NCBI RefSeq assembly: GCF_003790525.1 | Contig: NZ_CP033635.1 | Strand: one strand, 5' to 3' | DNA: 64,000 nucleotides | Source: Escherichia coli | GTDB lineage: Bacteria > Pseudomonadota > Gammaproteobacteria > Enterobacterales > Enterobacteriaceae | Part shown: positions 22,592 to 35,374 of the stretch, one piece after another | Layout of the letters: every line of letters starts with the position of its first letter | How positions within the stretch are numbered: the first letter of the stretch is position 1 | The notes under the pieces: generated by a model | Databases searched by the model: none | Seen by the model: the letters and a program-made list of their open reading frames with translations, nothing else | Told to the model about the DNA's origin: nothing | Program-made: the position numbers and the translations under genes

Positions 22592-23741
22592 CGTTCCGGT
22601 AGCTCAGGTGTTGCAGGCGCTGGCTGAACAGGAGAAGTTGAACCTGGTGGTGTCGCCAGACGTCAGCGGTACGGTGTCGTTACATCTAACAGATGTTCCC
22701 TGGAAGCAGGCACTACAAACTGTAGTGAAAAGCGCCGGACTGATAACGCGCCAGGAGGGCAACATTCTCTCAGTGCATTCCATTGCCTGGCAGAATGACA
22801 ATATCGCCCGTCAGGAAGCGGAGCAGGCGCGGGCGCAGGCAAATCTGCCGCTGGAAAATCGCAATATTACTCTGCAATACGCCGACGCCGGAGAGCTGGC
22901 GAAAGCTGGGGAGAAGCTACTGAGTGCCAAAGGGAGTATGACCGTCGATAAACGCACCAATCGCCTTTTGCTGCGAGATAACAAAACGGCGTTAAGCGCC
23001 CTTGAACAGTGGGTAGCGCAAATGGATCTGCCGGTCGGGCAAGTTGAGCTGTCGGCGCATATTGTCACCATTAATGAAAAAAGTTTGCGTGAGTTAGGCG
23101 TGAAATGGACGCTGGCCGATGCGCAACAAGCTGGTGGCGTTGGGCAAGTCACCACGCTTGGCAGCGACCTCTCCGTAGCGACGGCGACAACGCATGTCGG
23201 TTTTAACATTGGGCGTATCAACGGACGTTTGCTGGATCTTGAGCTTTCTGCGCTCGAACAAAAACAGCAGCTGGATATTATCGCCAGTCCGCGTCTGCTG
23301 GCCTCACATCTTCAGCCTGCCAGCATTAAACAGGGGAGCGAAATTCCATATCAGGTTTCCAGCGGGGAAAGTGGCGCGACGTCGGTGGAATTTAAAGAGG
23401 CCGTCCTGGGGATGGAGGTCACGCCCACGGTGTTACAAAAAGGTCGCATCCGGCTGAAATTACACATCAGCCAGAACGTTCCGGGGCAGGTGCTACAGCA
23501 GGCCGATGGCGAAGTGCTGGCGATTGATAAGCAGGAGATCGAAACGCAGGTCGAGGTCAAAAGCGGAGAAACGTTGGCGCTGGGCGGCATTTTTACCCGT
23601 AAAAATAAATCGGGTCAGGATAGCGTACCGTTGCTTGGCGACATTCCCTGGTTCGGGCAATTATTTCGTCATGACGGAAAAGAAGATGAACGACGCGAGT
23701 TAGTGGTGTTTATCACGCCACGACTGGTTTCCAGTGAGTAA
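22503..23741 (+). CDS. hofQ: Outer-membrane secretin HofQ (PilQ/ComE-like)
   Basis: 412 aa with signal peptide; strong AAGGAG SD 7 nt upstream of ATG; secretin C-terminal domain. Confidence 0.93.
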   Translation: MKQWIAALLLMLIPGVQAAKPQKVTLMVDDVPVAQVLQALAEQEKLNLVVSPDVSGTVSLHLTDVPWKQALQTVVKSAGLITRQEGNILSVHSIAWQNDNIARQEAEQARAQANLPLENRNITLQYADAGELAKAGEKLLSAKGSMTVDKRTNRLLLRDNKTALSALEQWVAQMDLPVGQVELSAHIVTINEKSLRELGVKWTLADAQQAGGVGQVTTLGSDLSVATATTHVGFNIGRINGRLLDLELSALEQKQQLDIIASPRLLASHLQPASIKQGSEIPYQVSSGESGATSVEFKEAVLGMEVTPTVLQKGRIRLKLHISQNVPGQVLQQADGEVLAIDKQEIETQVEVKSGETLALGGIFTRKNKSGQDSVPLLGDIPWFGQLFRHDGKEDERRELVVFITPRLVSSE

Positions 23742-24141
23742 ACAGCCGTAAAAGCGGTAATGTTTTTACGCTGAACGTGTTTCATCTATTTGACGCGCGC
23801 AGGTATTTAGCATACAAGGAGTACCGATTTGAGAGTTGGTGCTCTTCGCTGCCTGCGTTCCATGATGATGATTTATCATTCAGGCGGCATTTTGCTGTCT
23901 TTTTTACGCTAATCTTACCCGGTGATTTATCGCCAGAGCGGTGGTAGCAAGGCAGCGCGCTTGCAGCGACCAGATATGCAGAGGGATGGGTGATTTATTC
24001 AGTTGCCAAACCCGCTGGAGTATTGAGATAATTTTCAGTCTGACTCTCGCAATATCTTATGAGGTTTCAGTTCATGTCCTGCGGCGCTCTCTGAGCGAAG
24101 CGGGTTTATCATTAACGAATAGTCTTAGTAGTACCGAAAAA

Positions 24142-24663
24142 ATGGCAGAGAAACGCAATATCTTTCTGGTTGGGCCTATGGGTGCCGGAAAAAGCACTAT
24201 TGGGCGCCAGTTAGCTCAACAACTCAATATGGAATTTTACGATTCCGATCAAGAGATTGAGAAACGAACCGGAGCTGATGTGGGCTGGGTTTTCGATTTA
24301 GAAGGCGAAGAAGGCTTCCGCGATCGCGAAGAAAAGGTCATCAATGAGTTGACCGAGAAACAGGGTATTGTGCTGGCTACTGGCGGCGGCTCTGTGAAAT
24401 CCCGCGAAACGCGTAACCGTCTTTCCGCTCGTGGCGTTGTCGTTTATCTTGAAACGACCATCGAAAAGCAACTTGCACGCACGCAGCGTGATAAAAAACG
24501 CCCGTTGCTGCACGTTGAAACACCGCCGCGTGAAGTTCTGGAAGCGTTGGCCAATGAACGCAATCCGCTGTATGAAGAGATTGCCGACGTGACCATTCGT
24601 ACTGATGATCAAAGCGCTAAAGTGGTCGCAAACCAGATTATTCACATGCTGGAAAGCAACTAA
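24142..24663 (+). CDS. aroK: Shikimate kinase I
   Basis: ORF-track 240 aa trimmed to ATG at 24142 giving 173 aa [25 protein letters not shown]... (Walker A). Confidence 0.95.
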   Translation: MAEKRNIFLVGPMGAGKSTIGRQLAQQLNMEFYDSDQEIEKRTGADVGWVFDLEGEEGFRDREEKVINELTEKQGIVLATGGGSVKSRETRNRLSARGVVVYLETTIEKQLARTQRDKKRPLLHVETPPREVLEALANERNPLYEEIADVTIRTDDQSAKVVANQIIHMLESN

Positions 24664-24719
24664 TTCTGGCTTTATATACACTCGTCTGCGGGTACAGTAA
24701 TTAAGGTGGATGTCGCGTT

Positions 24720-25808
24720 ATGGAGAGGATTGTCGTTACTCTCGGGGAACGTAGTTACCCAATTACCATCGCATCTGGTTTGTTTAATGAACCAGCTTCA
24801 TTCTTACCGCTGAAATCGGGCGAGCAGGTCATGTTGGTTACCAACGAAACCCTGGCTCCTCTGTATCTCGATAAGGTCCGCGGCGTACTTGAACAGGCGG
24901 GTGTTAACGTCGATAGCGTTATCCTCCCTGACGGCGAGCAGTATAAAAGCCTGGCTGTACTCGATACCGTCTTTACGGCGTTGTTACAAAAGCCGCATGG
25001 TCGCGATACTACGCTGGTGGCGCTTGGCGGCGGCGTAGTGGGCGATCTGACCGGCTTTGCGGCGGCGAGTTATCAGCGCGGTGTACGTTTCATTCAAGTC
25101 CCGACGACGTTACTGTCGCAGGTCGATTCCTCCGTTGGCGGCAAAACTGCGGTCAACCATCCCCTCGGTAAAAACATGATTGGCGCGTTCTACCAGCCTG
25201 CTTCAGTGGTGGTGGATCTCGACTGTCTGAAAACGCTTCCCCCGCGTGAGTTAGCGTCGGGGCTGGCAGAAGTCATCAAATACGGCATTATTCTTGACGG
25301 TGCGTTTTTTAACTGGCTGGAAGAGAATCTGGATGCGTTGTTGCGTCTGGACGGTCCGGCAATGGCGTACTGTATTCGCCGTTGTTGTGAACTGAAGGCA
25401 GAAGTTGTCGCCGCCGACGAGCGCGAAACCGGGTTACGTGCTTTACTGAATCTGGGACACACCTTTGGTCATGCCATTGAAGCTGAAATGGGGTATGGCA
25501 ATTGGTTACACGGTGAAGCGGTTGCTGCGGGTATGGTGATGGCGGCGCGGACGTCGGAACGTCTCGGGCAGTTTAGTTCTGCCGAAACGCAGCGTATTAT
25601 AACCCTGCTCACGCGGGCTGGGTTACCGGTCAATGGGCCGCGCGAAATGTCTGCGCAGGCGTATTTACCGCATATGCTGCGTGACAAGAAAGTCCTTGCG
25701 GGAGAGATGCGCTTAATTCTTCCGTTGGCAATTGGTAAGAGTGAAGTTCGCAGCGGCGTTTCGCACGAGCTTGTTCTTAACGCCATTGCCGATTGTCAAT
25801 CAGCGTAA
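24720..25808 (+). CDS. aroB: 3-dehydroquinate synthase
   Basis: 362 aa; translation recognised. Confidence 0.96.
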
Positions 25809-25899
25809 CAACAAGAAAGGTCAGGCCGCTTATCAAGCGGTCTATTAGCTTCAGGTTAATTGCAACGTGGTAAGCATTAACCTTTTAGTGGGGTGTTAA

Positions 25900-27186
25900 A
25901 TGGATGAATTCAAACCAGAAGACGAGCTGAAACCCGATCCCAGCGATCGTCGTACTGGTCGTTCTCGTCAATCTTCTGAACGTTCTGAGCGTACTGAACG
26001 TGGCGAACCGCAGATCAATTTTGATGATATTGAACTTGATGACACTGACGATCGCCGTCCGACTCGTGCGCAAAAAGAGCGCAATGATGAGCCGGAAATC
26101 GAAGAAGAAATTGACGAATCCGAAGATGAAATCGTGGATGAAGAGCGCGTAGAGCGTCGTCCGCGTAAGCGCAAAAAAGCAGCCAGTAAACCCGCTTCTC
26201 GTCAGTATATGATGATGGGGGTCGGCATTCTGGTTCTCCTACTGTTGATCATCGGTATCGGTTCTGCGCTAAAAGCCCCCTCGACCTCTTCCAGCGATCA
26301 AACCGCGTCTGGCGAGAAGAGTATTGATCTTGCAGGCAATGCGACCGATCAGGCGAATGGTGTGCAGCCAGCGCCGGGAACCACGTCTGCGGAAAATACT
26401 CAGCAGGATGTTTCTCTGCCGCCGATCTCTTCTACGCCGACTCAAGGGCAAACCCCGGCGGCAACGGATGGTCAACAACGTGTTGAAGTGCAGGGTGACC
26501 TGAACAATGCGCTGACCCAGCCACAAAATCAGCAACAGTTGAATAATGTGGCGGTCAATTCCACGTTGCCGACTGAACCCGCGACGGTCGCGCCTGTTCG
26601 CAATGGCAATGCATCGCGTGACACGGCGAAAACGCAAACCGCTGAACGTCCGGCCACTACGCGTCCAGCTCGCCAGCAGGCGGTGATTGAACCGAAAAAA
26701 CCGCAAGCAACCGTGAAAACGGAGCCGAAGCCGGTAGCACAGACGCCGAAGCGTACTGAACCAGCTGCTCCTGTGGCAAGCACGAAGGCACCGGCTGCGA
26801 CCTCTACGCCAGCACCAAAAGAGACCGCAACTACGGCTCCAGTACAGACGGCATCCCCGGCGCAAACCACGGCAACACCAGCCGCTGGAGGGAAGACCGC
26901 AGGTAATGTGGGTTCGTTGAAATCGGCACCGTCCAGCCATTACACTCTGCAGCTGAGCAGTTCCTCTAACTACGACAACCTGAACGGTTGGGCGAAGAAA
27001 GAGAATCTGAAAAACTACGTTGTCTATGAAACGACGCGTAATGGTCAGCCGTGGTATGTCCTGGTTTCTGGCGTGTACGCTTCGAAAGAAGAGGCGAAAA
27101 AAGCGGTATCTACATTGCCAGCCGATGTCCAGGCCAAAAACCCGTGGGCGAAACCGCTGCGTCAGGTACAGGCCGATCTGAAGTAA
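25900..27186 (+). CDS. damX: Cell division protein DamX (SPOR domain, low-complexity linker)
   Basis: 428 aa; acidic N-terminus, Pro/Thr/Ala/Gln-rich linker, C-terminal SPOR domain. Confidence 0.94.
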   Translation: MDEFKPEDELKPDPSDRRTGRSRQSSERSERTERGEPQINFDDIELDDTDDRRPTRAQKERNDEPEIEEEIDESEDEIVDEERVERRPRKRKKAASKPASRQYMMMGVGILVLLLLIIGIGSALKAPSTSSSDQTASGEKSIDLAGNATDQANGVQPAPGTTSAENTQQDVSLPPISSTPTQGQTPAATDGQQRVEVQGDLNNALTQPQNQQQLNNVAVNSTLPTEPATVAPVRNGNASRDTAKTQTAERPATTRPARQQAVIEPKKPQATVKTEPKPVAQTPKRTEPAAPVASTKAPAATSTPAPKETATTAPVQTASPAQTTATPAAGGKTAGNVGSLKSAPSSHYTLQLSSSSNYDNLNGWAKKENLKNYVVYETTRNGQPWYVLVSGVYASKEEAKKAVSTLPADVQAKNPWAKPLRQVQADLK

Positions 27187-27292
27187 TCAAGGTTATCTCC
27201 CGCAATGGTTTATCATCGCGGGAGTTGCCTGAAGCGCTGGATGCTGTCGGAGCTTTCTCCACAGCCGGAGAAGGTGTAATTAGTTAGTCAGC

Positions 27293-28129
27293 ATGAAGAA
27301 AAATCGCGCTTTTTTGAAGTGGGCAGGGGGCAAGTATCCCCTGCTTGATGATATTAAACGGCATTTGCCCAAGGGCGAATGTCTGGTTGAGCCTTTTGTA
27401 GGTGCCGGGTCGGTGTTTCTCAACACCGACTTTTCTCGTTATATCCTTGCCGATATCAATAGCGACCTGATCAGTCTCTATAACATTGTGAAAATGCGTA
27501 CTGATGAGTACGTACAGGCCGCACGCGAGCTGTTTGTTCCCGAAACAAATTGCGCCGAGGTTTACTATCAGTTCCGCGAAGAGTTCAACAAAAGCCAGGA
27601 TCCGTTCCGTCGGGCGGTACTGTTTTTATATTTGAACCGCTACGGTTACAACGGCCTGTGTCGTTACAATCTGCGCGGTGAGTTTAACGTGCCGTTTGGC
27701 CGCTACAAAAAACCCTATTTCCCGGAAGCAGAGTTGTATCACTTCGCTGAAAAAGCGCAGAATGCCTTTTTCTATTGTGAGTCTTACGCCGATAGCATGG
27801 CACGCGCAGATGATGCATCCGTCGTCTATTGCGATCCGCCTTATGCACCGCTGTCTGCGACCGCCAACTTTACGGCGTATCACACAAACAGTTTTACGCT
27901 TGAACAACAAGCGCATCTGGCGGAGATCGCCGAAGGTCTGGTTGATCGCCATATTCCTGTGCTGATCTCCAATCACGATACGATGTTAACGCGTGAGTGG
28001 TATCAGCGCGCAAAATTGCATGTCGTCAAAGTTCGACGCAGTATAAGCAGCAACGGCGGCACACGTAAAAAGGTGGACGAACTGCTGGCTTTGTACAAAC
28101 CAGGAGTCGTTTCACCCGCGAAAAAATAA
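27293..28129 (+). CDS. dam: DNA adenine methyltransferase (GATC)
   Basis: 278 aa; DPPY catalytic motif ([11 protein letters not shown]) present. Confidence 0.97.
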   Translation: MKKNRAFLKWAGGKYPLLDDIKRHLPKGECLVEPFVGAGSVFLNTDFSRYILADINSDLISLYNIVKMRTDEYVQAARELFVPETNCAEVYYQFREEFNKSQDPFRRAVLFLYLNRYGYNGLCRYNLRGEFNVPFGRYKKPYFPEAELYHFAEKAQNAFFYCESYADSMARADDASVVYCDPPYAPLSATANFTAYHTNSFTLEQQAHLAEIAEGLVDRHIPVLISNHDTMLTREWYQRAKLHVVKVRRSISSNGGTRKKVDELLALYKPGVVSPAKK

Positions 28130-28146
28130 TTCTCAAGGAGAAGCGG

Positions 28147-28824
28147 ATGAAACAGTATTTGATTGCCCCCTCAATTCTGTCGGCTGATTTTGCCCGCCTG
28201 GGTGAAGATACCGCAAAAGCCCTAGCAGCTGGCGCTGATGTCGTGCATTTTGACGTCATGGATAACCACTATGTTCCCAATCTGACGATTGGGCCAATGG
28301 TGCTGAAATCCTTGCGTAACTACGGCATTACCGCCCCTATCGACGTACATCTGATGGTGAAACCCGTCGATCGCATTGTGCCTGATTTCGCTGCCGCTGG
28401 TGCCAGCATCATTACCTTTCATCCAGAAGCCTCCGAGCATGTTGACCGCACGCTGCAACTGATTAAAGAAAATGGCTGTAAAGCGGGGCTGGTATTTAAC
28501 CCGGCGACACCGCTGAGCTATCTGGATTACGTGATGGATAAGCTGGATGTGATCCTGCTGATGTCCGTTAATCCTGGTTTCGGCGGTCAGTCTTTCATTC
28601 CTCAAACACTGGATAAACTGCGCGAAGTACGTCGTCGTATCGACGAGTCTGGCTTTGACATTCGACTGGAAGTGGACGGTGGCGTGAAGGTGAACAACAT
28701 TGGCGAAATCGCTGCGGCGGGCGCGGATATGTTTGTTGCTGGTTCGGCAATCTTCGACCAGCCAGACTACAAAAAAGTCATTGATGAAATGCGCAGTGAA
28801 CTGGCAAAGGTAAGTCATGAATAA
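28147..28824 (+). CDS. rpe: Ribulose-phosphate 3-epimerase
   Basis: 225 aa; translation recognised. Confidence 0.96.
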   Translation: MKQYLIAPSILSADFARLGEDTAKALAAGADVVHFDVMDNHYVPNLTIGPMVLKSLRNYGITAPIDVHLMVKPVDRIVPDFAAAGASIITFHPEASEHVDRTLQLIKENGCKAGLVFNPATPLSYLDYVMDKLDVILLMSVNPGFGGQSFIPQTLDKLREVRRRIDESGFDIRLEVDGGVKVNNIGEIAAAGADMFVAGSAIFDQPDYKKVIDEMRSELAKVSHE

Positions 28825-29575
28825 GTTTGAAGATATTCGCGGCGTCGCTTTTGATCTCGACGGTACGCTGGTGGACAGTGCTCCTGGCTTGGCTACCGCA
28901 GTAGATATGGCGCTGTATGCGCTGGAGTTGCCCGTCGCAGGTGAAGAACGCGTTATAACCTGGATTGGTAACGGCGCAGATGTTCTGATGGAGCGCGCAT
29001 TGACCTGGGCGCGTCAGGAACGTGCGACTCTGCGTAAAACAATGGGTAAACCGCCCGTTGATGACGACATTCCGGCAGAAGAACAAGTACGTATTCTGCG
29101 TAAACTGTTCGATCGCTACTATGGCGAGGTTGCCGAAGAGGGGACGTTTTTGTTCCCGCACGTTGCCGATACGCTGGGCGCATTGCAGGCTAAAGGCCTG
29201 CCGCTAGGTCTGGTCACCAACAAACCGACGCCGTTCGTCGCGCCGCTGCTCGAAGCCTTAGATATCGCCAAATACTTCAGCGTGGTAATTGGTGGTGATG
29301 ATGTGCAAAACAAAAAACCGCATCCGGACCCGCTGTTACTGGTGGCTGAGCGGATGGGAATTGCTCCACAACAGATGCTGTTTGTTGGCGACTCACGCAA
29401 TGATATTCAGGCAGCAAAAGCGGCAGGTTGCCCATCAGTTGGCTTAACCTACGGATATAACTACGGCGAGGCTATCGATCTCAGCCAGCCTGATGTAATT
29501 TATCAGTCTATAAATGACCTTCTGCCCGCATTAGGGCTTCCGCATAGCGAAAATCAGGAATCGAAAAATGACTAA
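28817..29575 (+). CDS. gph: Phosphoglycolate phosphatase (HAD)
   Basis: 252 aa; DLDGTL HAD motif; 8 nt overlap with rpe. Confidence 0.95.
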   Translation: MNKFEDIRGVAFDLDGTLVDSAPGLATAVDMALYALELPVAGEERVITWIGNGADVLMERALTWARQERATLRKTMGKPPVDDDIPAEEQVRILRKLFDRYYGEVAEEGTFLFPHVADTLGALQAKGLPLGLVTNKPTPFVAPLLEALDIAKYFSVVIGGDDVQNKKPHPDPLLLVAERMGIAPQQMLFVGDSRNDIQAAKAAGCPSVGLTYGYNYGEAIDLSQPDVIYQSINDLLPALGLPHSENQESKND

Positions 29576-30572
29576 GCCCATCGTTTTTAGTGGCGCACAG
29601 CCCTCAGGTGAATTGACCATTGGTAACTACATGGGTGCGCTGCGTCAGTGGGTAAACATGCAGGATGACTACCATTGCATTTACTGTATCGTTGACCAAC
29701 ACGCGATCACCGTGCGCCAGGATGCACAGAAGCTGCGTAAAGCGACGCTGGATACGCTGGCCTTGTATCTGGCTTGTGGTATCGATCCTGAGAAAAGCAC
29801 CATTTTTGTTCAGTCCCACGTGCCGGAACATGCGCAGTTAGGCTGGGCACTGAACTGCTATACCTACTTCGGCGAACTGAGCCGCATGACGCAGTTTAAA
29901 GATAAATCTGCGCGTTATGCCGAGAACATCAATGCTGGTCTGTTTGACTATCCGGTGCTGATGGCTGCGGACATCCTGCTGTATCAAACTAATCTGGTAC
30001 CGGTGGGTGAAGACCAGAAACAGCACCTGGAACTGAGCCGCGATATCGCCCAGCGTTTCAACGCGCTGTATGGCGATATCTTTAAAGTGCCGGAGCCGTT
30101 TATTCCGAAATCCGGCGCGCGCGTAATGTCGCTGCTGGAGCCGACCAAAAAGATGTCCAAGTCTGACGATAACCGCAATAACGTTATCGGCCTGCTGGAA
30201 GATCCGAAATCGGTAGTGAAGAAAATCAAACGTGCGGTCACTGACTCCGACGAGCCGCCGGTAGTTCGCTACGATGTGCAGAACAAAGCGGGCGTTTCCA
30301 ACCTGCTGGATATCCTTTCTGCGGTAACGGGCCAGAGCATCCCGGAACTGGAAAAACAGTTCGAAGGCAAGATGTATGGTCATCTCAAAGGCGAAGTGGC
30401 TGATGCCGTTTCCGGTATGCTGACTGAATTGCAGGAACGTTATCACCGTTTCCGCAACGATGAAGCCTTCCTGCAACAGGTGATGAAAGACGGCGCGGAA
30501 AAAGCCAGTGCACACGCTTCTCGTACGCTGAAAGCGGTGTACGAAGCGATTGGTTTTGTGGCGAAGCCGTAA
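29568..30572 (+). CDS. trpS: Tryptophan--tRNA ligase
   Basis: 334 aa; class I aaRS KMSKS motif present (KMSKSD); overlaps gph by 8 nt. Confidence 0.97.
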   Translation: MTKPIVFSGAQPSGELTIGNYMGALRQWVNMQDDYHCIYCIVDQHAITVRQDAQKLRKATLDTLALYLACGIDPEKSTIFVQSHVPEHAQLGWALNCYTYFGELSRMTQFKDKSARYAENINAGLFDYPVLMAADILLYQTNLVPVGEDQKQHLELSRDIAQRFNALYGDIFKVPEPFIPKSGARVMSLLEPTKKMSKSDDNRNNVIGLLEDPKSVVKKIKRAVTDSDEPPVVRYDVQNKAGVSNLLDILSAVTGQSIPELEKQFEGKMYGHLKGEVADAVSGMLTELQERYHRFRNDEAFLQQVMKDGAEKASAHASRTLKAVYEAIGFVAKP

Positions 30573-30589
30573 TTTAACATTAATGCCAA

Positions 30590-30616
30590 AAACCGGGGAA
30601 ACCCGGTTTTTTTATC
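30590..30616 (+). terminator. Intrinsic terminator of the aroK-to-trpS operon (AACCGGGGAAACCCGGTTTTTTT)
   Basis: GC stem plus T7 run 18 nt after trpS stop. Confidence 0.75.
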
Positions 30617-30731
30617 CTCATTTGCAATAATCCGAAAAAATGTGAAGCACCTCGCCGTTTCCACATCTCACAGTTGCCACTTATCTTCATTTTAATGAAG
30701 ATATAAACATTCATTTTATTGAAAATATATT

Positions 30732-31637
30732 ATGCGTCGAACGTTTATCAAAAAAGAAGGCGTCGTTATCACGACACTGGCCCGTTATTTGTTGGGTGAA
30801 AAGTGCGGTAATCGACTGAAAACCATAGATGAGCTGGCAACTGAATGCCGTTCATCGGTTGGCCTGACGCAGGCCGCGTTGAAAACGCTGGAATCAAGCG
30901 GAGCGATACGGATTGAACGCCGTGGGCGCAATGGCAGTTATCTGGTCGAGATGGATAACAAAGCATTGCTGACTCATGTAGATATCAACAATGTGGTGTG
31001 CGCGATGCCCTTGCCCTATACCCGTTTGTACGAAGGCCTGGCGAGCGGATTGAAAGCTCAGTTTGATGGTATTCCTTTTTACTATGCGCATATGCGCGGC
31101 GCGGATATTCGCGTGGAGTGTTTACTTAACGGCGTGTATGACATGGCGGTTGTTTCCCGACTGGCGGCGGAAAGTTATCTCACGCAAAAAGGCTTATGCC
31201 TCGCGCTGGAGTTGGGGCCGCACACCTACGTTGGCGAGCACCAGTTGATTTGCCGTAAAGGCGAGTCCGCAAACGTGAAGCGCGTGGGGCTGGATAACCG
31301 TTCGGCGGATCAGAAAATCATGACCGATGTCTTTTTTGGCGATAGTGATGTGGAACGTGTCGATCTCTCTTATCACGAGAGTTTACAACGCATTGTTAAA
31401 GGCGATGTCGATGCGGTGATCTGGAACGTGGTGGCGGAAAACGAACTGACCATGCTGGGATTAGAAGCGACGCCGCTCACAGACGATCCGCGATTTTTAC
31501 AGGCCACCGAAGCCGTGGTTTTGACGCGAGTCGATGATTACCCGATGCAACAATTGCTGCGTGCAGTTGTTGATAAACAGGCCCTGCTTGCCCATCAACA
31601 ACGAGTGGTCAGTGGGGAACAGGAACCCAGTTATTAA
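30732..31637 (+). CDS. yhfZ: Uncharacterized protein YhfZ (putative regulator)
   Basis: 301 aa; translation recognised as YhfZ. Function is not something I can derive from sequence. Confidence 0.85.
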   Translation: MRRTFIKKEGVVITTLARYLLGEKCGNRLKTIDELATECRSSVGLTQAALKTLESSGAIRIERRGRNGSYLVEMDNKALLTHVDINNVVCAMPLPYTRLYEGLASGLKAQFDGIPFYYAHMRGADIRVECLLNGVYDMAVVSRLAAESYLTQKGLCLALELGPHTYVGEHQLICRKGESANVKRVGLDNRSADQKIMTDVFFGDSDVERVDLSYHESLQRIVKGDVDAVIWNVVAENELTMLGLEATPLTDDPRFLQATEAVVLTRVDDYPMQQLLRAVVDKQALLAHQQRVVSGEQEPSY

Positions 31638-31653
31638 ACGAAAGGCATCTGAA

Positions 31654-32016
31654 ATGGAAACCAGACTCAACCTGCTTTGCGATGCAGGCGTTATTGATAA
31701 GGACATCTGCAAAGGCATGATGCAGGTCGTCAACGTACTGGAAACAGAGTGTCATCTACCGGTGCGCAGCGAGCAAGGAATGATGGCGATGACACATATG
31801 GCGAGCGCACTGATGCGCAGTCGCCGCGGTGAAGAAATAGAGCCGCTGGATAACGAATTGCTGGCAGAACTGGCGCAATCCAGCCACTGGCAAGCCGTTG
31901 TGCAATTGCATCAGGTGTTGTTGAAGGAATTTGCACTGGAAGTTAACCCGTGTGAAGAAGGCTATTTGCTGGCCAACCTTTATGGATTATGGATGGCTGT
32001 TAACGAAGAGGTTTGA
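31654..32016 (+). CDS. yhfY: Uncharacterized protein YhfY
   Basis: ORF-track 160 aa trimmed to ATG at 31654 giving 120 aa METRLNLLCDAGVIDKDICKG... Confidence 0.8.
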   Translation: METRLNLLCDAGVIDKDICKGMMQVVNVLETECHLPVRSEQGMMAMTHMASALMRSRRGEEIEPLDNELLAELAQSSHWQAVVQLHQVLLKEFALEVNPCEEGYLLANLYGLWMAVNEEV

Positions 32017-32099
32017 AGCTCCCGACAAATCCACGTCGCACAACCTAAATATTCAAAAAAATGAATATTTAATTCAAGGAACAGAAACGAGGCAACAAG

Positions 32100-33263
32100 A
32101 TGTTTGTAGAAGCATTGAAACGCCAGAACCCGGCGCTAATTTCCGCCGCACTAAGTTTGTGGCAAAAGGGCAAGATCGCCCCGGACAGCTGGGTGATCGA
32201 CGTGGATCAGATACTGGAAAACGGTAAGCGGCTGATTGAGACGGCGCGGCTTTACGGCATTGAACTGTATCTGATGACCAAGCAGTTTGGTCGTAATCCG
32301 TGGCTGGCGGAAAAATTGCTGGCATTAGGCTACAGCGGCATTGTGGCGGTGGATTACAAAGAGGCGCGAGTCATGCGCCGCGCTGGTTTGCCGGTGGCGC
32401 ATCAGGGGCATCTGGTACAAATCCCTTGTCATCTGGTTTCTGACGCCGTTGAACAGGGAACTGATGTCATCACCGTGTTTACTCTCGACAAAGCGCGGGA
32501 AGTTTCTGCGGCAGCGTTGAAGACCGGACGTGTGCAGTCTGTGCTACTCAAAGTTTATAGCGACGATGATTTTCTTTATCCGGGCCAGGAGAGCGGTTTT
32601 GCCCTCCAGGTGTTGCCGGAGATTGTCGCCGAAATCCAGAATCTGCCGGGGTTACATTTGGCGGGACTTACCCATTTCCCTTGCCTGCTTTGGGATGAAG
32701 CTGTCGGGAAAGTTTTGCCGACACCGAATCTTCACACGCTGGTACAAGCACGGGATCAACTGGCGAAATCTGGTATTGCGATTGAGCAACTGAACGCGCC
32801 TTCAGCGACCAGCTGCACTTCGCTGCCATTGCTGGCGGAATACGGTGTGACTCATGCCGAACCCGGTCATGCGCTGACGGGCACTATTCCGGCAAACCAG
32901 CAGGGCGATCAGCCTGAACGTATCGCGATGCTCTGGTTAAGTGAAATCTCCCATCATTTCCGTGGCGACAGCTACTGCTACGGCGGCGGTTACTACCGTC
33001 GTGGTCACGCGCAACATGCGCTGGTGTTTACGCCAGAAAATCAAAAGATTACTGAAACCAATCTCAAAACTGTGGATGACAGCAGTATCGACTACACCCT
33101 GCCGCTGGCAGGCGAGTTTCCGGTAAGCAGTGCAGTAGTGCTCTGTTTTCGCACGCAGATTTTTGTCACCCGTAGCGATGTGGTGTTGCTGTCCGGTATT
33201 CACCGTGGCGAACCGGAAATCGTCGGTCGTTATGACAGTCTTGGAAACTCTCTGGGGGCGTAA
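32100..33263 (+). CDS. yhfX: Putative PLP-dependent amino-acid racemase-like protein YhfX
   Basis: 387 aa; translation recognised as YhfX (alanine racemase fold by recall). Confidence 0.88.
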   Translation: MFVEALKRQNPALISAALSLWQKGKIAPDSWVIDVDQILENGKRLIETARLYGIELYLMTKQFGRNPWLAEKLLALGYSGIVAVDYKEARVMRRAGLPVAHQGHLVQIPCHLVSDAVEQGTDVITVFTLDKAREVSAAALKTGRVQSVLLKVYSDDDFLYPGQESGFALQVLPEIVAEIQNLPGLHLAGLTHFPCLLWDEAVGKVLPTPNLHTLVQARDQLAKSGIAIEQLNAPSATSCTSLPLLAEYGVTHAEPGHALTGTIPANQQGDQPERIAMLWLSEISHHFRGDSYCYGGGYYRRGHAQHALVFTPENQKITETNLKTVDDSSIDYTLPLAGEFPVSSAVVLCFRTQIFVTRSDVVLLSGIHRGEPEIVGRYDSLGNSLGA

Positions 33264-34489
33264 TGGCGCGATTTGTGGTGTTAGTGATTGATAGCTTTGG
33301 CGTAGGCGCAATGAAAGATGTCACGCTGGTGCGTCCACAGGATGCCGGGGCGAATACTTGTGGTCACATCCTGAGCCAGCTGCCGCATTTGCAGCTACCA
33401 ACGCTGGAGAAGTTGGGGCTAATCAACGCATTGGGTTATGCGCCAGGTGATATGCAGCCGTCAGACTCCGCAACCTGGGGTGTGGCAGAGCTGCAACATG
33501 AAGGTGGCGATACCTTTATGGGGCATCAGGAAATTTTAGGCACGCGCCCGTTACCACCGCTGCGGATGCCTTTTCGCGATGTGATTGACCGTGTTGAGCA
33601 GGCATTAGTTTCCGCCGCTTGGCAGGTGGAGCGCCGTGGCGAAGAGTTGCAATTTCTGTGGGTCAATCAGGCGGTTGCGATTGGCGATAATCTCGAGGCG
33701 GATTTAGGCCAGGTCTATAACATCACCGCCAATCTCTCTGTGGTCTCTTTTGACGACGCAATCAAAATTGGTCGTATCGTGCGTGAGCAGGTACCGGTCG
33801 GGCGGGTCATTACATTTGGCGGCCTGTTAACCGACAGTCAACGCATTCTCGATGCCGCAGAAAGCAAAGAAGGGCGCTTTATTGGCATCAACGCGCCGCG
33901 TTCTGGCGCTTATGACAACGGTTTCCAGGTCGTGCATATGGGCTATGGCGTCGATGAAAAAGTGCAGGTACCACAAAAACTGTATGAAGCAGGCGTGCCA
34001 ACCGTGCTGGTGGGTAAGGTGGCAGATATCGTCAACAATCCTTATGGCGTGAGCTGGCAAAACCTGGTGGATAGCCAGCGGATTATGGATATCACCCTCG
34101 ACGAATTTATCACCCATCAGACAGCGTTTATTTGCACCAACATTCAGGAAACCGACCTCGCTGGTCACGCAGAAGACGTCGCACGTTATGCTGAACGTTT
34201 GCAGGTCGTTGACCGTAATCTTGCTCTCCTGGTTGAGACGATGCAGCCAGATGATTGCCTGGTCGTGATGGCGGATCACGGTAACGATCCGACAATCGGT
34301 CACAGCCACCATACCCGCGAAGTCGTGCCGGTGCTGGTTTATCAGCAAGGCCTGGCTGCCACGCAGCTTGGTGTTCGCACCACGCTCTCCGATGTGGGCG
34401 CTACCGTGTGTGAATTCTTCCGTGCGCCACCGCCACAAAATGGTCGCTCTTTTCTTTCCTCCCTCCGGTTTGCAGGAGACACCCTATGA
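33263..34489 (+). CDS. yhfW: Phosphopentomutase-like metalloenzyme YhfW
   Basis: 408 aa; 1 nt overlap with yhfX stop. Confidence 0.88.
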   Translation: MARFVVLVIDSFGVGAMKDVTLVRPQDAGANTCGHILSQLPHLQLPTLEKLGLINALGYAPGDMQPSDSATWGVAELQHEGGDTFMGHQEILGTRPLPPLRMPFRDVIDRVEQALVSAAWQVERRGEELQFLWVNQAVAIGDNLEADLGQVYNITANLSVVSFDDAIKIGRIVREQVPVGRVITFGGLLTDSQRILDAAESKEGRFIGINAPRSGAYDNGFQVVHMGYGVDEKVQVPQKLYEAGVPTVLVGKVADIVNNPYGVSWQNLVDSQRIMDITLDEFITHQTAFICTNIQETDLAGHAEDVARYAERLQVVDRNLALLVETMQPDDCLVVMADHGNDPTIGHSHHTREVVPVLVYQQGLAATQLGVRTTLSDVGATVCEFFRAPPPQNGRSFLSSLRFAGDTL

Positions 34490-35364
34490 GTTTTGATCCG
34501 ACGGGTTACACCCTGGCCCATGAGCATCTGCATATTGATCTTTCCGGCTTTAAAAACAACGTGGACTGCCGCCTTGATCAGTATGCGTTCATTTGCCAGG
34601 AGATGAACGACCTGATGGCCCGGGGCGTGCGTAATGTGATTGAAATGACCAACCGTTACATGGGGCGCAATGCGCAATTTATGCTCGATGTAATGCGTGA
34701 AACCGGGATCAACGTGGTGGCCTGTACCGGTTATTACCAGGACGCGTTTTTCCCGGAACATGTGGCGACCCGCAGCGTGCAGGAACTGGCGCAGGAGATG
34801 GTCGATGAAATTGAGCAGGGTATCGATGGCACTGACCTGAAAGCCGGAATTATCGCGGAGATCGGCTCCAGCGAAGGGAAGATTACGTCGCTAGAAGAGA
34901 AGGTGTTTATTGCCGCCGCGCTGGCGCATAACCAGACCGGACGCCCGATCTCCACGCATACGTCGTTCAGCACGATGGGGCTGGAGCAACTGGCTCTGTT
35001 GCAAGCCCACGGAGTTGATCTTTCGCGCGTCACCGTCGGCCACTGCGATCTGAAAGACAATCTCGACAACATTTTGAAGATGATCGATCTCGGCGCGTAT
35101 GTGCAGTTCGACACCATCGGCAAGAACAGTTACTACCCGGACGAAAAGCGGATTGCGATGCTCCATGCGCTACGTGACCGTGGGTTGCTGAACCGCGTCA
35201 TGCTGTCGATGGATATTACGCGGCGCTCTCATTTAAAAGCCAACGGTGGTTATGGCTATGACTTTTTATTGACCACCTTTATTCCGCAATTGCGCCAGTC
35301 AGGATTCAGTCAGGCCGATGTGGATGTGATGTTACGTGAAAATCCCTCTCAATTTTTCCAATAA
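34486..35364 (+). CDS. php: Phosphotriesterase homology protein (amidohydrolase superfamily)
   Basis: 292 aa; 4 nt overlap with yhfW. Confidence 0.9.
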   Translation: MSFDPTGYTLAHEHLHIDLSGFKNNVDCRLDQYAFICQEMNDLMARGVRNVIEMTNRYMGRNAQFMLDVMRETGINVVACTGYYQDAFFPEHVATRSVQELAQEMVDEIEQGIDGTDLKAGIIAEIGSSEGKITSLEEKVFIAAALAHNQTGRPISTHTSFSTMGLEQLALLQAHGVDLSRVTVGHCDLKDNLDNILKMIDLGAYVQFDTIGKNSYYPDEKRIAMLHALRDRGLLNRVMLSMDITRRSHLKANGGYGYDFLLTTFIPQLRQSGFSQADVDVMLRENPSQFFQ

Positions 35365-35374
35365 GGACAGACTC

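Noticed and set aside
26269-26940. 223 aa and 113 aa minus-strand ORFs inside damX
   Set aside because: Arise from the repetitive low-complexity DamX linker; Arg/Cys-rich; no credible start context.
28222-28818. 198 aa minus-strand ORF inside rpe
   Set aside because: Antisense to rpe.
29838-30515. 225 aa minus-strand ORF inside trpS
   Set aside because: Antisense to the tryptophanyl-tRNA synthetase gene.
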